64,000 nt of DNA. Source: Phoronis australis. Taxonomy: Eukaryota; Animalia; Phoronida. Both the position numbers and the translations under genes were made by a program. The notes under the pieces are model-generated. The model was not told the DNA's origin. It made no database searches and saw nothing but the letters and a program-made list of their open reading frames with translations. Positions 24,694 to 35,640 of this stretch are shown here, one piece after another (position 1 is the first letter of the stretch; every line of letters starts with the position of its first letter). The DNA lies in NCBI GenBank assembly GCA_002633005.1, contig NMRA01000009.1, positions 1,458,761 through 1,522,760 on the forward strand, in the 5' to 3' direction.

Positions 24694-25568
24694 ATAGATT
24701 ATTACATGTTCTCTGTCGTTATCCCGTTATCTAGAGCCCGAGTGGATTTTGGAGAATTATTGCCTGAGGGGCATCAGCCCTGAGGGTGATAATTCTACAA
24801 AATCCACGAGGGCTCTATGTAAGGGGGATAACGACAGAGAACATGTAATAATCTATTTATACCACATACTGAGCGAGAAACATTGCAATGAATTGATCTA
24901 CCTACCTTTCTCGACTCGCCTCGGCTTGTAACTACTTTCTATGTCAGAGGCCCGGGGTCGGAGGTCGTGACCTTTTAAGAAAAGCGGAGCTATTTTTGTT
25001 AAATAATGCGTTTACTCAAAACCAATTGAAAAATGAAACAAAATAGAAATAAAGTGAAGCTATAAATTAAGGTTTAGCAACTATTATAGCTTACTACACA
25101 TTTTATCACGCTAAGCTTCAAGCGGGAAAATATCATCTGCTAAAGTAGGTTACCACTAGTAACTGACTATAATGCTCAAGTCAAAAGATCCCGACGACAT
25201 GGTACCCACATTCAAATTGGAGATCAGTGATTTACAAGTGAGAGAACACGAGAGAAAAATTTCACTGAATTAAAATTTGTTTTTATGGAAATTATGAGTC
25301 CTATTTTTCATAGCGTATATATGTCAGTACAATGCCCTTTGTTGAACATTCGATTGTTGCGTGTGCTCATTTAAGTAGTCTATTTTCACGTTTGATGACA
25401 TCAGCTGCTGAGTGGTGTAGTGGTAAAGTCGGCAACTCAAATTACTCTTGAGGCCCGAGTTCGAAACCGCCTTCAGTTTCCCGCCAAAATGTAATCTCAC
25501 TAGTGAGATAACTAAATGGGTTATTACACGGTTGTATTTGCCATTTGGGGCTAGTATTGTGGTATAAA
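24694..25568. mobile_element. Hairpin-ended non-autonomous element (Crypton-like by inference)
   Basis: 163-bp terminal imperfect palindrome (24694-24856), then TTTATACCACATACT, whose inverted copy AGTATTGTGGTATAAA closes the element at 25553-25568. No TSD seen. Confidence 0.6.
25406..25478 (+). other. Degenerate tRNA-like cassette
   Basis: A box TGGTGTAGTGG (25413-25423), B-box-like GAGTTCGAAACC (25457-25468), GCTGAG/TTCAGT acceptor-like pairing. Confidence 0.55.
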
Positions 25569-27019
25569 ATGATTTATTCTAAATATCCTATAAGCAGTAT
25601 ACTGGAAAGTACTGTTTGTAACGTACTGTTTGTATCAGCACTGCATGTTCATTGCAAGCTAACACCAGCGTAGAACACTGGAGAGTGAGCTTATAAAAGT
25701 GGTAGGGTTACTGAGCAGATGTCAAGGTGGACTTAAAATTAACTGAAAATAGCTTTTAGGGGACCAATCTGTGCCCTTGTTGGGAGTCTCAGTCACTCCA
25801 CTTCATTTCTATGACTAATTATGAGCCATAATAGGTCGGAGCCGTTTTGTCTCGAGGTAATAGTCTAACAATGACAATCTAACTTGTAGTGACGGATTTC
25901 AATGTCAACCAATCATTTTTGTTTCTGTAATAAAGGCTACTGGCTATAGGCCCATAATACTAAAATAACATTTAGATATTCATGAACAGAACAAGTTCTC
26001 ACAAACTTGAAAGGCTGAGAAAACTATTAATAAAGATTACCAAGTTGTTCACTATCATTATGTTGCCATCAGTGTAATGAATTTAAATAGGACAAGGTGC
26101 TTACAGTAATACAGGTACCTTTCTCTAAGTTTAGTGTCCCAATAATTTGGCATCAGCCCCTCTTGATTACAAAATGACATGGGGGGTTAACACCAGTAGG
26201 TGACAAAAGGTCATGACCCACACGGGTGTAAGCCAATAGCATTGCTTGAAATACAGAATTGTACTAGGAAAACAGAGCCAGCTTGCGGCGCACCCACGTG
26301 AGTTGCGTATTCAACACAGGTTTTTCACTAGCAATAAGTAAAGGCTCCAATATAATCATCAATCTGTGAGTGTCCTGTTCAATATATTGAATTATTGTGT
26401 TATCAATTTTACAGCCATGGCACTATTAAAACGGTCCTTTATCATGCCACTCTGCAAGTGCATGGACAGGTGCCTGGAAAGAGAACATACCGTGTGGCTA
26501 TTACATTCATTCAAAAGACAAGTGAAGTCATAAACAACATTACATCTAACAAATGTTCCCAATTTGTGGCAGTCTTCTACAGATGAGTGTTAAATATACA
26601 AAGGGTTTGCCTACACGTGAAAATCGTCAACTGACAGCTCTGTGTGAAAAGAAAATGGTATTTGTTTTCAATAATGTTGGGAAAGAAGGGGTACACTGTC
26701 AAGCAGTAGTGAGCTGTCGGTTCTTATGAAGCCCTTTAATCATCACCAATTTGACTAAGAAACAGCTTCATAATAGTGAGTTGTAAAAGTTGATTTTTTC
26801 ATTGGTAGACGGCTTCATTGTTGCCTCAGTGTTAAGAACTGGTTCCCTTCTTGATAAAGACCACTATTACTGGGCATATTTTCATGTGACAGCCAGTTGG
26901 TGTTGAGAAACAAATCTGTTGCATTGCTTAATTTTCATTATGGTGTTCATCTATTTTGTTTTTAACTTACAGATAGAAGCACCAACAAAGCTCAAGTACA
27001 TAGCATATAACCTGTAACC

Positions 27020-27127
27020 ATGGGTGGGAAAGGCTCTAAGAAACTGAAGACGGAAGACATGACCTTTCTTCTGAACAACACCAACTTCAGTAAACACCAG
27101 ATTAAACAGTGGTATAAGGGCTTTATT
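27020..27127 (+). CDS. ncs-2: Neuronal calcium sensor (NCS-2/neurocalcin-like), coding exon 1
   Basis: ACCATGG Kozak context with in-frame upstream TAA (27008-27010). Translates [36 protein letters not shown] (N-myristoylation MGxxxS and the NCS WYKGF motif). GTAAGT donor at 27128 (phase 0). Acceptor tttaacttacAG at 26971-26972, so the exon starts at 26973 with 5'UTR. Not in the supplied ORF track. Confidence 0.95.
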
Positions 27128-28478
27128 GTAAGTGTGACTCGTTGTTTAGTATAATTTTTGTCCAATTGTAGTATCACATTCGATATATGTGAAAGATCAC
27201 ATGAACAGTGAAAACTTCAGTGATGACGAGAGGCATTTCAAAAGAAGACTGCCAATATAGATTTTCCTATTGGCGGTAATGGTTGCAAAGGAATCTTTTT
27301 TGTAGATATTTATGTTTGCCAAGGGTGGTAGGAGTCATGCCACGCATTTGGCAAGGAATCAAAGATTATTGTCGGTGAAGACAGGCAAAAAAATTGCACC
27401 TTATGTTGTCTTGCATCATAATATTTTGGGCGTGGAGGGGGTAACTAGTTTGTGTAGTGGGTTTGAATTTTGCAGGTGGTAGTAAATCATCATAGTGGGT
27501 GATGTTCACACACAATAGCCCTTTTGAAATTTATTTATTTACTGTAATATTTGAAAGGAAGGTGGCCTTTTCAGTGTCAGCACTACTTTCCAAGAGAGCC
27601 CGACAAAGGAAAGTGCCGTGCAAGATCAGTGAAAGTAGTTCTTTGTGAATCCTGTATTATAAAACTGGGGTTAACACTCAGATTAATGAGGAGTTGATTA
27701 GTCTTGTACCAAATCAAAAGACATCGCCTGGAAACCTGCACTGTTAATTCACACTTTTTGACTGGTCGCAGTGCTATGGAAAACTTTTCCAGATTCAAGA
27801 AAAAAATATTGCTAAAATTGTCATTTTCCAGTTTTCAAAAGCTCACTATATTATTAAAAATGGTCAAAATTTATTATTTGTTTATTGGTGTCACTCACTT
27901 GTACAATATAAGTTGTCCAAATACTGAAGTAAAATTTTCTTCCTGTTAACTTATTGTTTAACGTGTCATAAAAGTAAAATTTCACTCTTCCGCCATATTG
28001 GATGCTAATTTGAAGAAACTTCGTTAATCGTGCTATTTATCATCTAAAGGGCATCACATAATGGTTGCAGTAATTTTCTGAAATGTTTGAGAAGTATTTG
28101 TAGTAACTAAATGATCTGTTTCTTTCCTGTAATGACGATGTACAGCACAAGCCAAAAGTATTCAAACAAAATGACCTGAGTTTCCCATTATTGCGACTAG
28201 GCGAAAGTCCAATTCATCATCAAAATAATCTCCGTTGATGACTGACAATGAAGGCGAATGAACAGGACAGTTATTAACGTGGCTAAGGCACTCTGTAATT
28301 AGAATATCACAGCCTCATAGTAATTTTTGCTGTTCACAGAATTAGCCGTCTTGGTGGGGAAAACAGTATTCTGTCTGATTACTTGCGTTTTGTACTATAG
28401 CCATCCTTGACAATGGCACCACTGTTCTTCAGGATGACACTACTGAATAACTCAAAACTAGAACTCTGTCATCCTGAA

Positions 28479-29458
28479 ACCTGGCTTAAATTTATTGTCA
28501 TCAATCTAAATGAGTGTATTAATTATGGTAATTCTTCACAAGTGAAATTCTATTTTGTCAAATTTCTCCACAAAAGAAAAGATTTAGAGCATTTTAGACT
28601 TTATTAATGCAAAAACGTTTATTTCAGTTAAATTTTAGAACACTAGAACATATTTCTATCACACAAGTCTACTTAGTTGCGGAGTGATTTGTCATTGGTC
28701 ATTCCAAGCCCTGATTTGATAAAGTTTCCATTGTTTGTAACAAGGTAATCAGCCTTTGAAAAATGGATAATGACAATTTCGGGAAATATTTTTATGCAAA
28801 GTAAGTGTAGAAATACCATAAATGGGTAAGTTAATGCCTGTGTGAATGCTTGAGTAAGCATCTACAGCTTTTTTGCCTAAGTTTGAGNACCTGGCTGAAA
28901 TTTATTGTCATCAATCTAAATGAGTGTATTAATTATGGTAATTCTTCACAAGTGAAATTCTATTTTGTCAAATTTCTCCACAAAAGAAAAGATTTAGAGC
29001 ATTTTAGCCTATTACCACATAGTGTTTAGTGTGAAGATATCATAAAGTAACATTTGACGGGGCTTCGAATTTTCCTATTGTAAGAGGATTTTCTCTTTTT
29101 TGGTTTCGATTTCCTCTTATTTGATTTCCAGTTTCCTCTTTTTACTTCTCTTGTCATCATTAAGTTAGACTTTATTAATGCAAAAACGTTTATTTCAGTT
29201 AAATTTTAGAACACTAGAACATATTTCTATCACACAAGTCTACTTAGTTGCGGAGTGATTTGTCATTGGTCATTCCAAGCCCTGATTTGATAAAGTTTCC
29301 ATTGTTTGTAACAAGGTAATCAGCCTTTGAAAAATGGATAATGACAATTTCGGGAAATATTTTTATGCAAAGTAAGTGTAGAAATACCATAAATGGGTAA
29401 GTTAATGCCTGTGTGAATGCTTGAGTAAGCATCTACAGCTTTTTTGCCTAAGTTTGAG
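28479..29458. repeat. Near-identical tandem duplication across a single N (likely unmerged haplotypes)
   Basis: 28479-28887 (409 bp) equals 28889-29458 apart from one visible substitution and a 161-bp indel (29008-29168) bounded by TTAG. Confidence 0.9.
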
Positions 29459-29542
29459 TGATAGGCTATGTTGGAGAGGCTTGTGTTTGATTATCTGTTA
29501 AATGACCGGTCTGTAAAATCTGCTCTGTTTTTGTTTTTCCAG

Positions 29543-29815
29543 AAAGATTGTCCTACAGGATTACTTAGCCAAAAGAAGTTTTTGGAAGTGTACGCAGAGT
29601 TTTTTCCATCGGGCAATGCAGAGAAATTTTGCTCCCACGTTTTCCGTACATTTGACACTGATGGTGGAGGTACCATTGATTTTAAGGAGTTCCTCATGGC
29701 CATTAACATAACATCGTCAGGAAAGGCAGAAGACAAGCTGCAGTGGGCTTTTAATATGTATGATATAGATGGAAATGGTACAATAGAAAAGAAAGAGATG
29801 GTGGAAATCATTAAA
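29543..29815 (+). CDS. ncs-2: Neuronal calcium sensor, coding exon 2 (EF1 loop to EF3)
   Basis: Acceptor ttgtttttccAG (29541-29542). 91 codons KDCPTG...[14 protein letters not shown]...[30 protein letters not shown] donor at 29816. Joins exon 1 in frame to give WYKGFIKDCPTG, the NCS-family signature. Confidence 0.97.
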
Positions 29816-31900
29816 GTAAGTATGGTGTTTACCCACCACTTGAAATTTGGAACGTTTGGGGGCTATCGGCTATGAGGAAGTATTTTTCTCCAAGTCTGTT
29901 TAGGCCTTTGTCCAGGTGGGAAGCTAATTTCGAATGAAAGCCACTGCTTAACAAACAATGGCAACAACAGTGATATTCAAAATATTATTTAGCAGCCAGA
30001 AGAAGTTCATGCAAGCTTTTGTGAATAACTTTAGCATCGTCGCAACAGAAAACTGATAGTTTCATCAATACACATATTCATAATCTTATTTAATAACTCA
30101 TTCGAATTACCTGGGTCATGAGGTGTTTAAATCACTTTGTTTTTTTTTTCTGTGGAAACGGTGCGTTGCACATTGTATAAGTTGAAGCAATAACAGATGA
30201 CGTATATGGTGCATTTCACGGTATTTGTGCCTTGGACGTAGAATTTTAAAAGCTCCAGCTCAATATTGAAAATTTTTCATGTAATCAATTGATCAGATTT
30301 TATGGAATTGTATCAGTTCATTCAATATAGAATGCACTTAGTGGTTTTATTGTCATGTCTGTGCAAAAATTGTCTAAATTACTGTTGCAGACATGATGTC
30401 TGGTTTTAGATGTAAAAATTTTAAAAGATGACTACTGGTGTCATGATTTATATTTTTTACAATTCTGTTTTTTCACCTGGATGAATAATTATATTATACA
30501 TTGCCTGTCATCATGTTTTTTTAAATTATTGCAAGCATCTGTTGAGTTTTTCCAAAGAAACACATTAACAACATATCTTGCTTTTATTTAAGTAAGAAAA
30601 AATAAAATTCAAGAAGTAGTTTACAAGTTATTCTAATTAGATAAAATAATTAACATTTGTCTCATTCGCAGCGGATGAAGGGACAATTTAAGTTTTTGGA
30701 AATAGAACGTTCTTCAATTTGGTAATTTTTCAGATTCTCTTTCCTTTACTAGAGACTATTTAAAATTAGAGCTTGTTATCAAAGTATTTAGAAAAATAAA
30801 TTAATTAAGTCCAAATAAAATATGTCTCGTCCGCAACAAAATGGCCGCCTAATGGCCAGGAATTAAGCACTGTAATCTAATTTTGCACATTAATAATTCA
30901 AATTAATGGTTTACTTTTAAGCTTTGTTGTTTGCTTTATATTTTTTTGCTGTTTAAACCTTTTTACATGTTTATATCAGCAATAATAATCAGTTTTAAGT
31001 TCTTCAATGGGAACTAAATGTACAGTAGTTGATGTATTGTACTGATCTTGGACTGTAACAACTTCTTTATACGTGCCTGCAGAAACATGGTCACTGGAGG
31101 ACATTAAATACATTTCTATGCGTCCACATATTTATATGTGAGCGCATATTGGCGTCATCTCTGTCTTGGTGTTCGGCGTCCGCGACTGTATCTCCTAAAT
31201 CCCTTGCAGGATCTTTTTGAAATTTGGCAGGTGTGTTCTTTTGTGGCTGACAACAGACAATGACTAGTTTCGGACCTACCTGAATACTGCTGTGCCCCCT
31301 AGTGGCATTTTTTTTTACGCTTCCCTCTGTATCTTTTGTGTACTTTGATTTTCATGAAATTTACCAAAGAGGTTTCTATTAAGAAGATTATGACGCCCTT
31401 CCGTTTTTGAATGAATTTGACATACTCTTCTTCCTATCTGCCAAACCGTATAAAGGATCATTATGAAAATTGGTAGATGTGTTTCTGAAGACCACGGCTG
31501 ACACTGATATTTGGACGAGTTCGACTATTGTGGCAACCCCTAGTGGCAATTTTTGTTTCTGTTTTCCGTTGACGGTTGTATCTCCTTAACTTTTTGTGAA
31601 ATTCGGCAGATATGTTCCTATGGAGACAGTAAGGGATGGTGATGAGTTTCAGACCAGTCCAACTACAAGTGTGGCCCCCCTAGTGACAGTTTTATTTTTA
31701 TTTTTATGTTTGCCTCTGTATCTTCTGAGTTCTTTGATGGATTTTCATGAATTTCAGCAAATAGGTTTCTACTAAAAAGACGCCTTCCTGTTTTCAGATG
31801 GATTTGATGTATTCTGCACCCACTGGTGGCGATTTAAAACATTTTTGAGTATTTTTGAGGTCCCCCTTCCTATCCGACAAACCGGTCAAAGGATCATTAT

Positions 31901-33503
31901 TATGCGCCCACATAGTTATATGTGGACGCATTATGCCGTCATCTGTGTCCGTCCAGGCGGCATCCGTCCAGCGTCCGTCCGGCGTCCGGCATCCGCTGCT
32001 CTATCTCCAAAACCAATTGACGTATGTTCAGGAAATTTTGCACGTGTGTTCCTTTCATGGATGGGACGGCACGAGTGAACTTTCAGGTGGATGCGACTAC
32101 CGGTGTGCCCCCTTGTGGCCATTTTTACTGTTTTCAAGTCTGTTTTTTGACGTCCACCTCTCTATCAACCAAACCGCTTTAAGCACGATTGTGAAAATTG
32201 GCATGTATGTTATTACTATGAAGAGGACAGTTGACGTTGATTTTTCGACGACTTCAATTACTATGGCGCCTCCTAGTGGTAGTTTTGTTTATTTTGCACC
32301 TATGGTTATGTCTCCTAAACCGTTTGCAGCATCTTTACTAAATTTAGTTAGTGAATTTATATGATGTTGAAAATGGACGACGACGACTTTCAGACAGACC
32401 TGACTACTGGTGTGCCACCTAGTGGCAATTTCATTTTTTTTACGTTTACCTTTTTATCATCAAAGGTCCTCAACGTAATTTCATAAAATTTTGCATTTAG
32501 GCTTCTGTTAGTGAGGTGACACTATCCTTCTTGTTTTCAGATGGATTCGATCTAGTTTGTGCCACCTAGTGGCCATTTTTACTGTTCATGGCGTCCACCC
32601 CTCTATCAACCAAACCGCTTTCAGGATAATTGTGAAAATTAGCATGTATGTTTTTACTATGAGGTGGACAGCTGAGGATGATTTTCCGTTGACTTTGACT
32701 ACTGTGGCACCTCCTAGTGGCAGTTTCTTTTTTTGCGCCTGTGGCTGTATCACGTAAACTGTTTGCAGGGTCTTTACTAAATTTAAGAAGTATGTTTATA
32801 TGATTTTGACAACGGACAATGGTGATTTGCCTTTTGGTGATAATTTTAGTTTTACGTTTACCTCTGTATCTTCAAAGGTTTTCATAAAATATTGAATACG
32901 GGCATCTATTGGTGATATGACACCATCCTCTCGTTTTCTGATGGAATCAAGGTACTTTGTGCCAGCTAGTAGCCATTTTTCCCCTTTTCGAGTCTGTTTT
33001 TTGGCGTCTACCTCTCTATCAACCAAATCATTCTAAGGATGGTTTTGAAAATTGGCGTATATGTGCTCAGTATGAAGAAGACGGTTGATGATGATGAGTT
33101 AAACTGCTCTGGCGCCACGTAGTGGTAGTTTTGTTTTGTGGCCATAGCTGTAGCTCCTTAACCCTCTGCAAGATCTTTATTAACTTTTGTAATAAGTGTA
33201 TTTATATGAAGCTACCAATAGGCAATGATGACTTTCAGGCGGATCAAGTGAACACTGTGCCCCCTAGTGGCATTTTCATTTTATTCCCTTTTCCTTTGTT
33301 TCTCTGAAGTTCCATGACGGATTTCTATGAAATTTAGTGTATCGCTTCCTATTAAAGAAGCAATGACATGTTCCCGTTTTCGGATGGATTGTATGTTTTT
33401 GCGCCATCTAGTGGCCATTTTTATCACACAAATAAGCAACCCTAAAAGCACACCATTTGCGATGCATTTGTGGGTACATTTCAACGCTCTGCGTTGCTCT
33501 TGT
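31901..33503 (+). mobile_element. HINE copy nested within the outer HINE
   Basis: 5' hairpin TGCGCCCACATA-GTTA-TATGTGGACGCA, GTCC microsatellite-like tract, satellite monomers, TGTGGGTACA, 3' hairpin CAACGC-TCT-GCGTTG, CTCTTGT end. The flanks rejoin as GGATCATTAT|GAAAATTGG, matching the intact monomer at about 31455-31473. Confidence 0.85.
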
Positions 33504-35242
33504 GAAAATTGGCAGATGATTTTCTGGTGATAAGAGGGCATATATATTTTCGGACCGGCTTGACTATTGTGGCAACCCCTATTGGTAATTTTTTGGGGGT
33601 TTTGCATCCACAGGTGTATCTCCTTAACTCTTTGGAGGGTCTTTGTGAAATATGGTAGATATGTTCCTATGGAGATGATAACAGATAACGACGGTTTGCT
33701 GATCAATTTGACTACAGGTGTGCCTCCTAATTCCAGTTTTAGACTTTTCCTGTTTGCCTCTGTATCTTTGGAGTTCATACATGAATTTTTCTGAAATTTG
33801 ACCAATAGGTTTCTTTTAAGGTGGCAACTATGCCTTTCCGTTTTTGGACTGATTCGTTGTTTTGGACCACCTAGTGGTCATTTACATCATTTAAATTCAT
33901 TTTTAGTGTTTGTCTCTTTATCTGTCAAACTGCTCTAAGGATCATCAGGAATCACAATGGTTGTGTTTCTGATGAGAAGACCATGGCTGACATTTATTTT
34001 TAAATGAATGTGTCAACTATGGCGACCCCTAGTGCTGACCTTGTATTTTTTCGAGCGTGCATGATGTTTGTGAACCTTTGCGTGTTTTCCTATAGACCCA
34101 ATTCACGCGGCAGACATTAAATCCAATTCGAGGCTCACTGCGATAAACAAAGCCGAAGTTAACATTGCGTGAGTTAAATGGCCGGTCTTTTGAGTCCAAC
34201 CTGGATATTAAATCTTAACCACAGACAAAAATATTAAAGAACAAGTCAGTGCACCAAAGAGTTGTCTGACGAAAGGATATAAGCTTTTTTCGGAAAACTA
34301 GGTTCAAAACATGAAAAGTAAATATGACCAAATTGTGGCGATCGACGTGTTACGGCTAGGTATTATGTTGAATGCAGGGTTAAGTTTCTTCTTGTAAATT
34401 GTTGATAAAAATGCTAATTTCTAAACGAACCAGTTTGTCTGCTCTTATTGTTGACGAGTTGATGAAATATTCGACAGCATTTTGCTGTCATGTGCATCTG
34501 GTTTAATTTGTTATTCAAGAATATTAACATCAGGCATAGCCTAGGTCCTGGTGAGGTAGGGACTACCGGGACTAACAATTGATTTGTCATTGATCTGAAA
34601 TAATAATTGATGTTATTAAATATATTTTTATTAAAATAAAAAACCTGGCTCGTAATTGAAAATAAAAATTATTTGACCATCAATTCTGCTTTCTTGGTTT
34701 TAATAATTCTTACGTCTATTGCATGTGTTAGGTTTCAAATACCAATCTGTACCAAGTTGAATTTTAAAATTAAAGCACGTACCTAATTCGTTTGTCTAAA
34801 GCATAATCTCGTTTTAGAGCTCAATTTCAGTTAACTGGACAAAGCAAGCAAGCACAGTTATCATGTTTCTTCAGGGGCCTTGTGCATTCATTCGAGGGGA
34901 AAGATGCCTGTGCCTTCAAGAGGGGGATTTTTTCACCGAGTGACTGGAAAAATCTAGCTACCGATCACCATCAATAGGACCCCGCCCTGTTGCAAGCTCT
35001 CATAGGCTATGTCTCAAATAACATTTTGTGCTCTTTCAAATTGTCACCTGTGTGGTTACACTCCAGCTGATTTGAACTTCGAAGAGAAATTTCCAATCAC
35101 TTTTTTAGGCCTCGTGGGGGAATTTCGCGTGATTTTTTAATATTCTTTAGAGGGGAATAGAGCCGATAGTCGGCCCCAAACTCGAGGGATTGAGGGCCTT
35201 GTCCTTTTTGGAAAGAAAAATGCATCATGAAAACACACTGAG

Positions 35243-35400
35243 CAGGGGCGGATACAGGATTTTTTGTTAGGGGGCCCGGGGCATAGTATTAACCAGAATT
35301 TTGCTCATCAGACATTCGCACCCCTCAAGTACCAAATGGAATCTGAGATAGTTTTAGGGGGGTCCATGGCTCTCTTGGTCCCCCTCTAAATCCGCCACTG
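35243..35400. mobile_element. hAT-like MITE with 5-bp TSD
   Basis: TIRs CAGGGGCGGAT / ATCCGCCACTG flanked by CTGAG on both sides (35238-35242, 35401-35405). Confidence 0.8.
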
Positions 35401-35479
35401 CTGAGCCTGGCTTGCCAAAGATTCTCCAGTCATTACTTGGCAACAAGATGCTATCAAATATGATTTAACTTTTCGAAAA

Positions 35480-35640
35480 ACATTTGTAAACTTTTCACAG
35501 ACATATTTTCTTTCATCGCGGCGTATGGCAACGACCCAATGCTTCCGCATCTCAGCATCCTTAACCAGAGATTGTAAAACAGACAGTTGAATGTCCGTAT
35601 TTTTCCTAGTGCTTCGAGCAACGCGGAATACAGCTATCGT
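35480..35640 (-). pseudogene. Degenerate THAP zinc-finger domain
   Basis: IAVFRVARSTRKNTDIQLS..KDAEMRKHWVVAIRR..YVCEK follows the THAP pattern (CxxxxC..FPKD..RxxWxxAxxR..VCxxHF) with the first cysteines, FP and HF lost. Confidence 0.6.

Noticed and set aside
28673-29432. Two identical 62-aa ORFs as tandem genes
   Set aside because: Intronic antisense ORFs within the probable haplotype duplication.
29468-29875. 135-aa ORF as a stand-alone gene
   Set aside because: Only 29543-29815 is exon. The ends are intron read-through, as shown by splice sites and in-frame partner exons.
31845-33805. ORFs of 60-174 aa with recurring APPSG/CHLVA peptides
   Set aside because: Translations of the HINE satellite motif in different frames and strands, with no consistent reading frame.
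31113-34085. CRISPR-like array (short motif at regular spacing)
   Set aside because: The intervening sequences are homologous to each other and about 135 bp long, the context is eukaryotic, and there are no cas genes.
34872-35201. Possible further hAT-like MITE (CAGGGGCC ... GGGCCTTG)
   Set aside because: The ends are very short and the flanks (TTCTT/TCCTT) do not match exactly.
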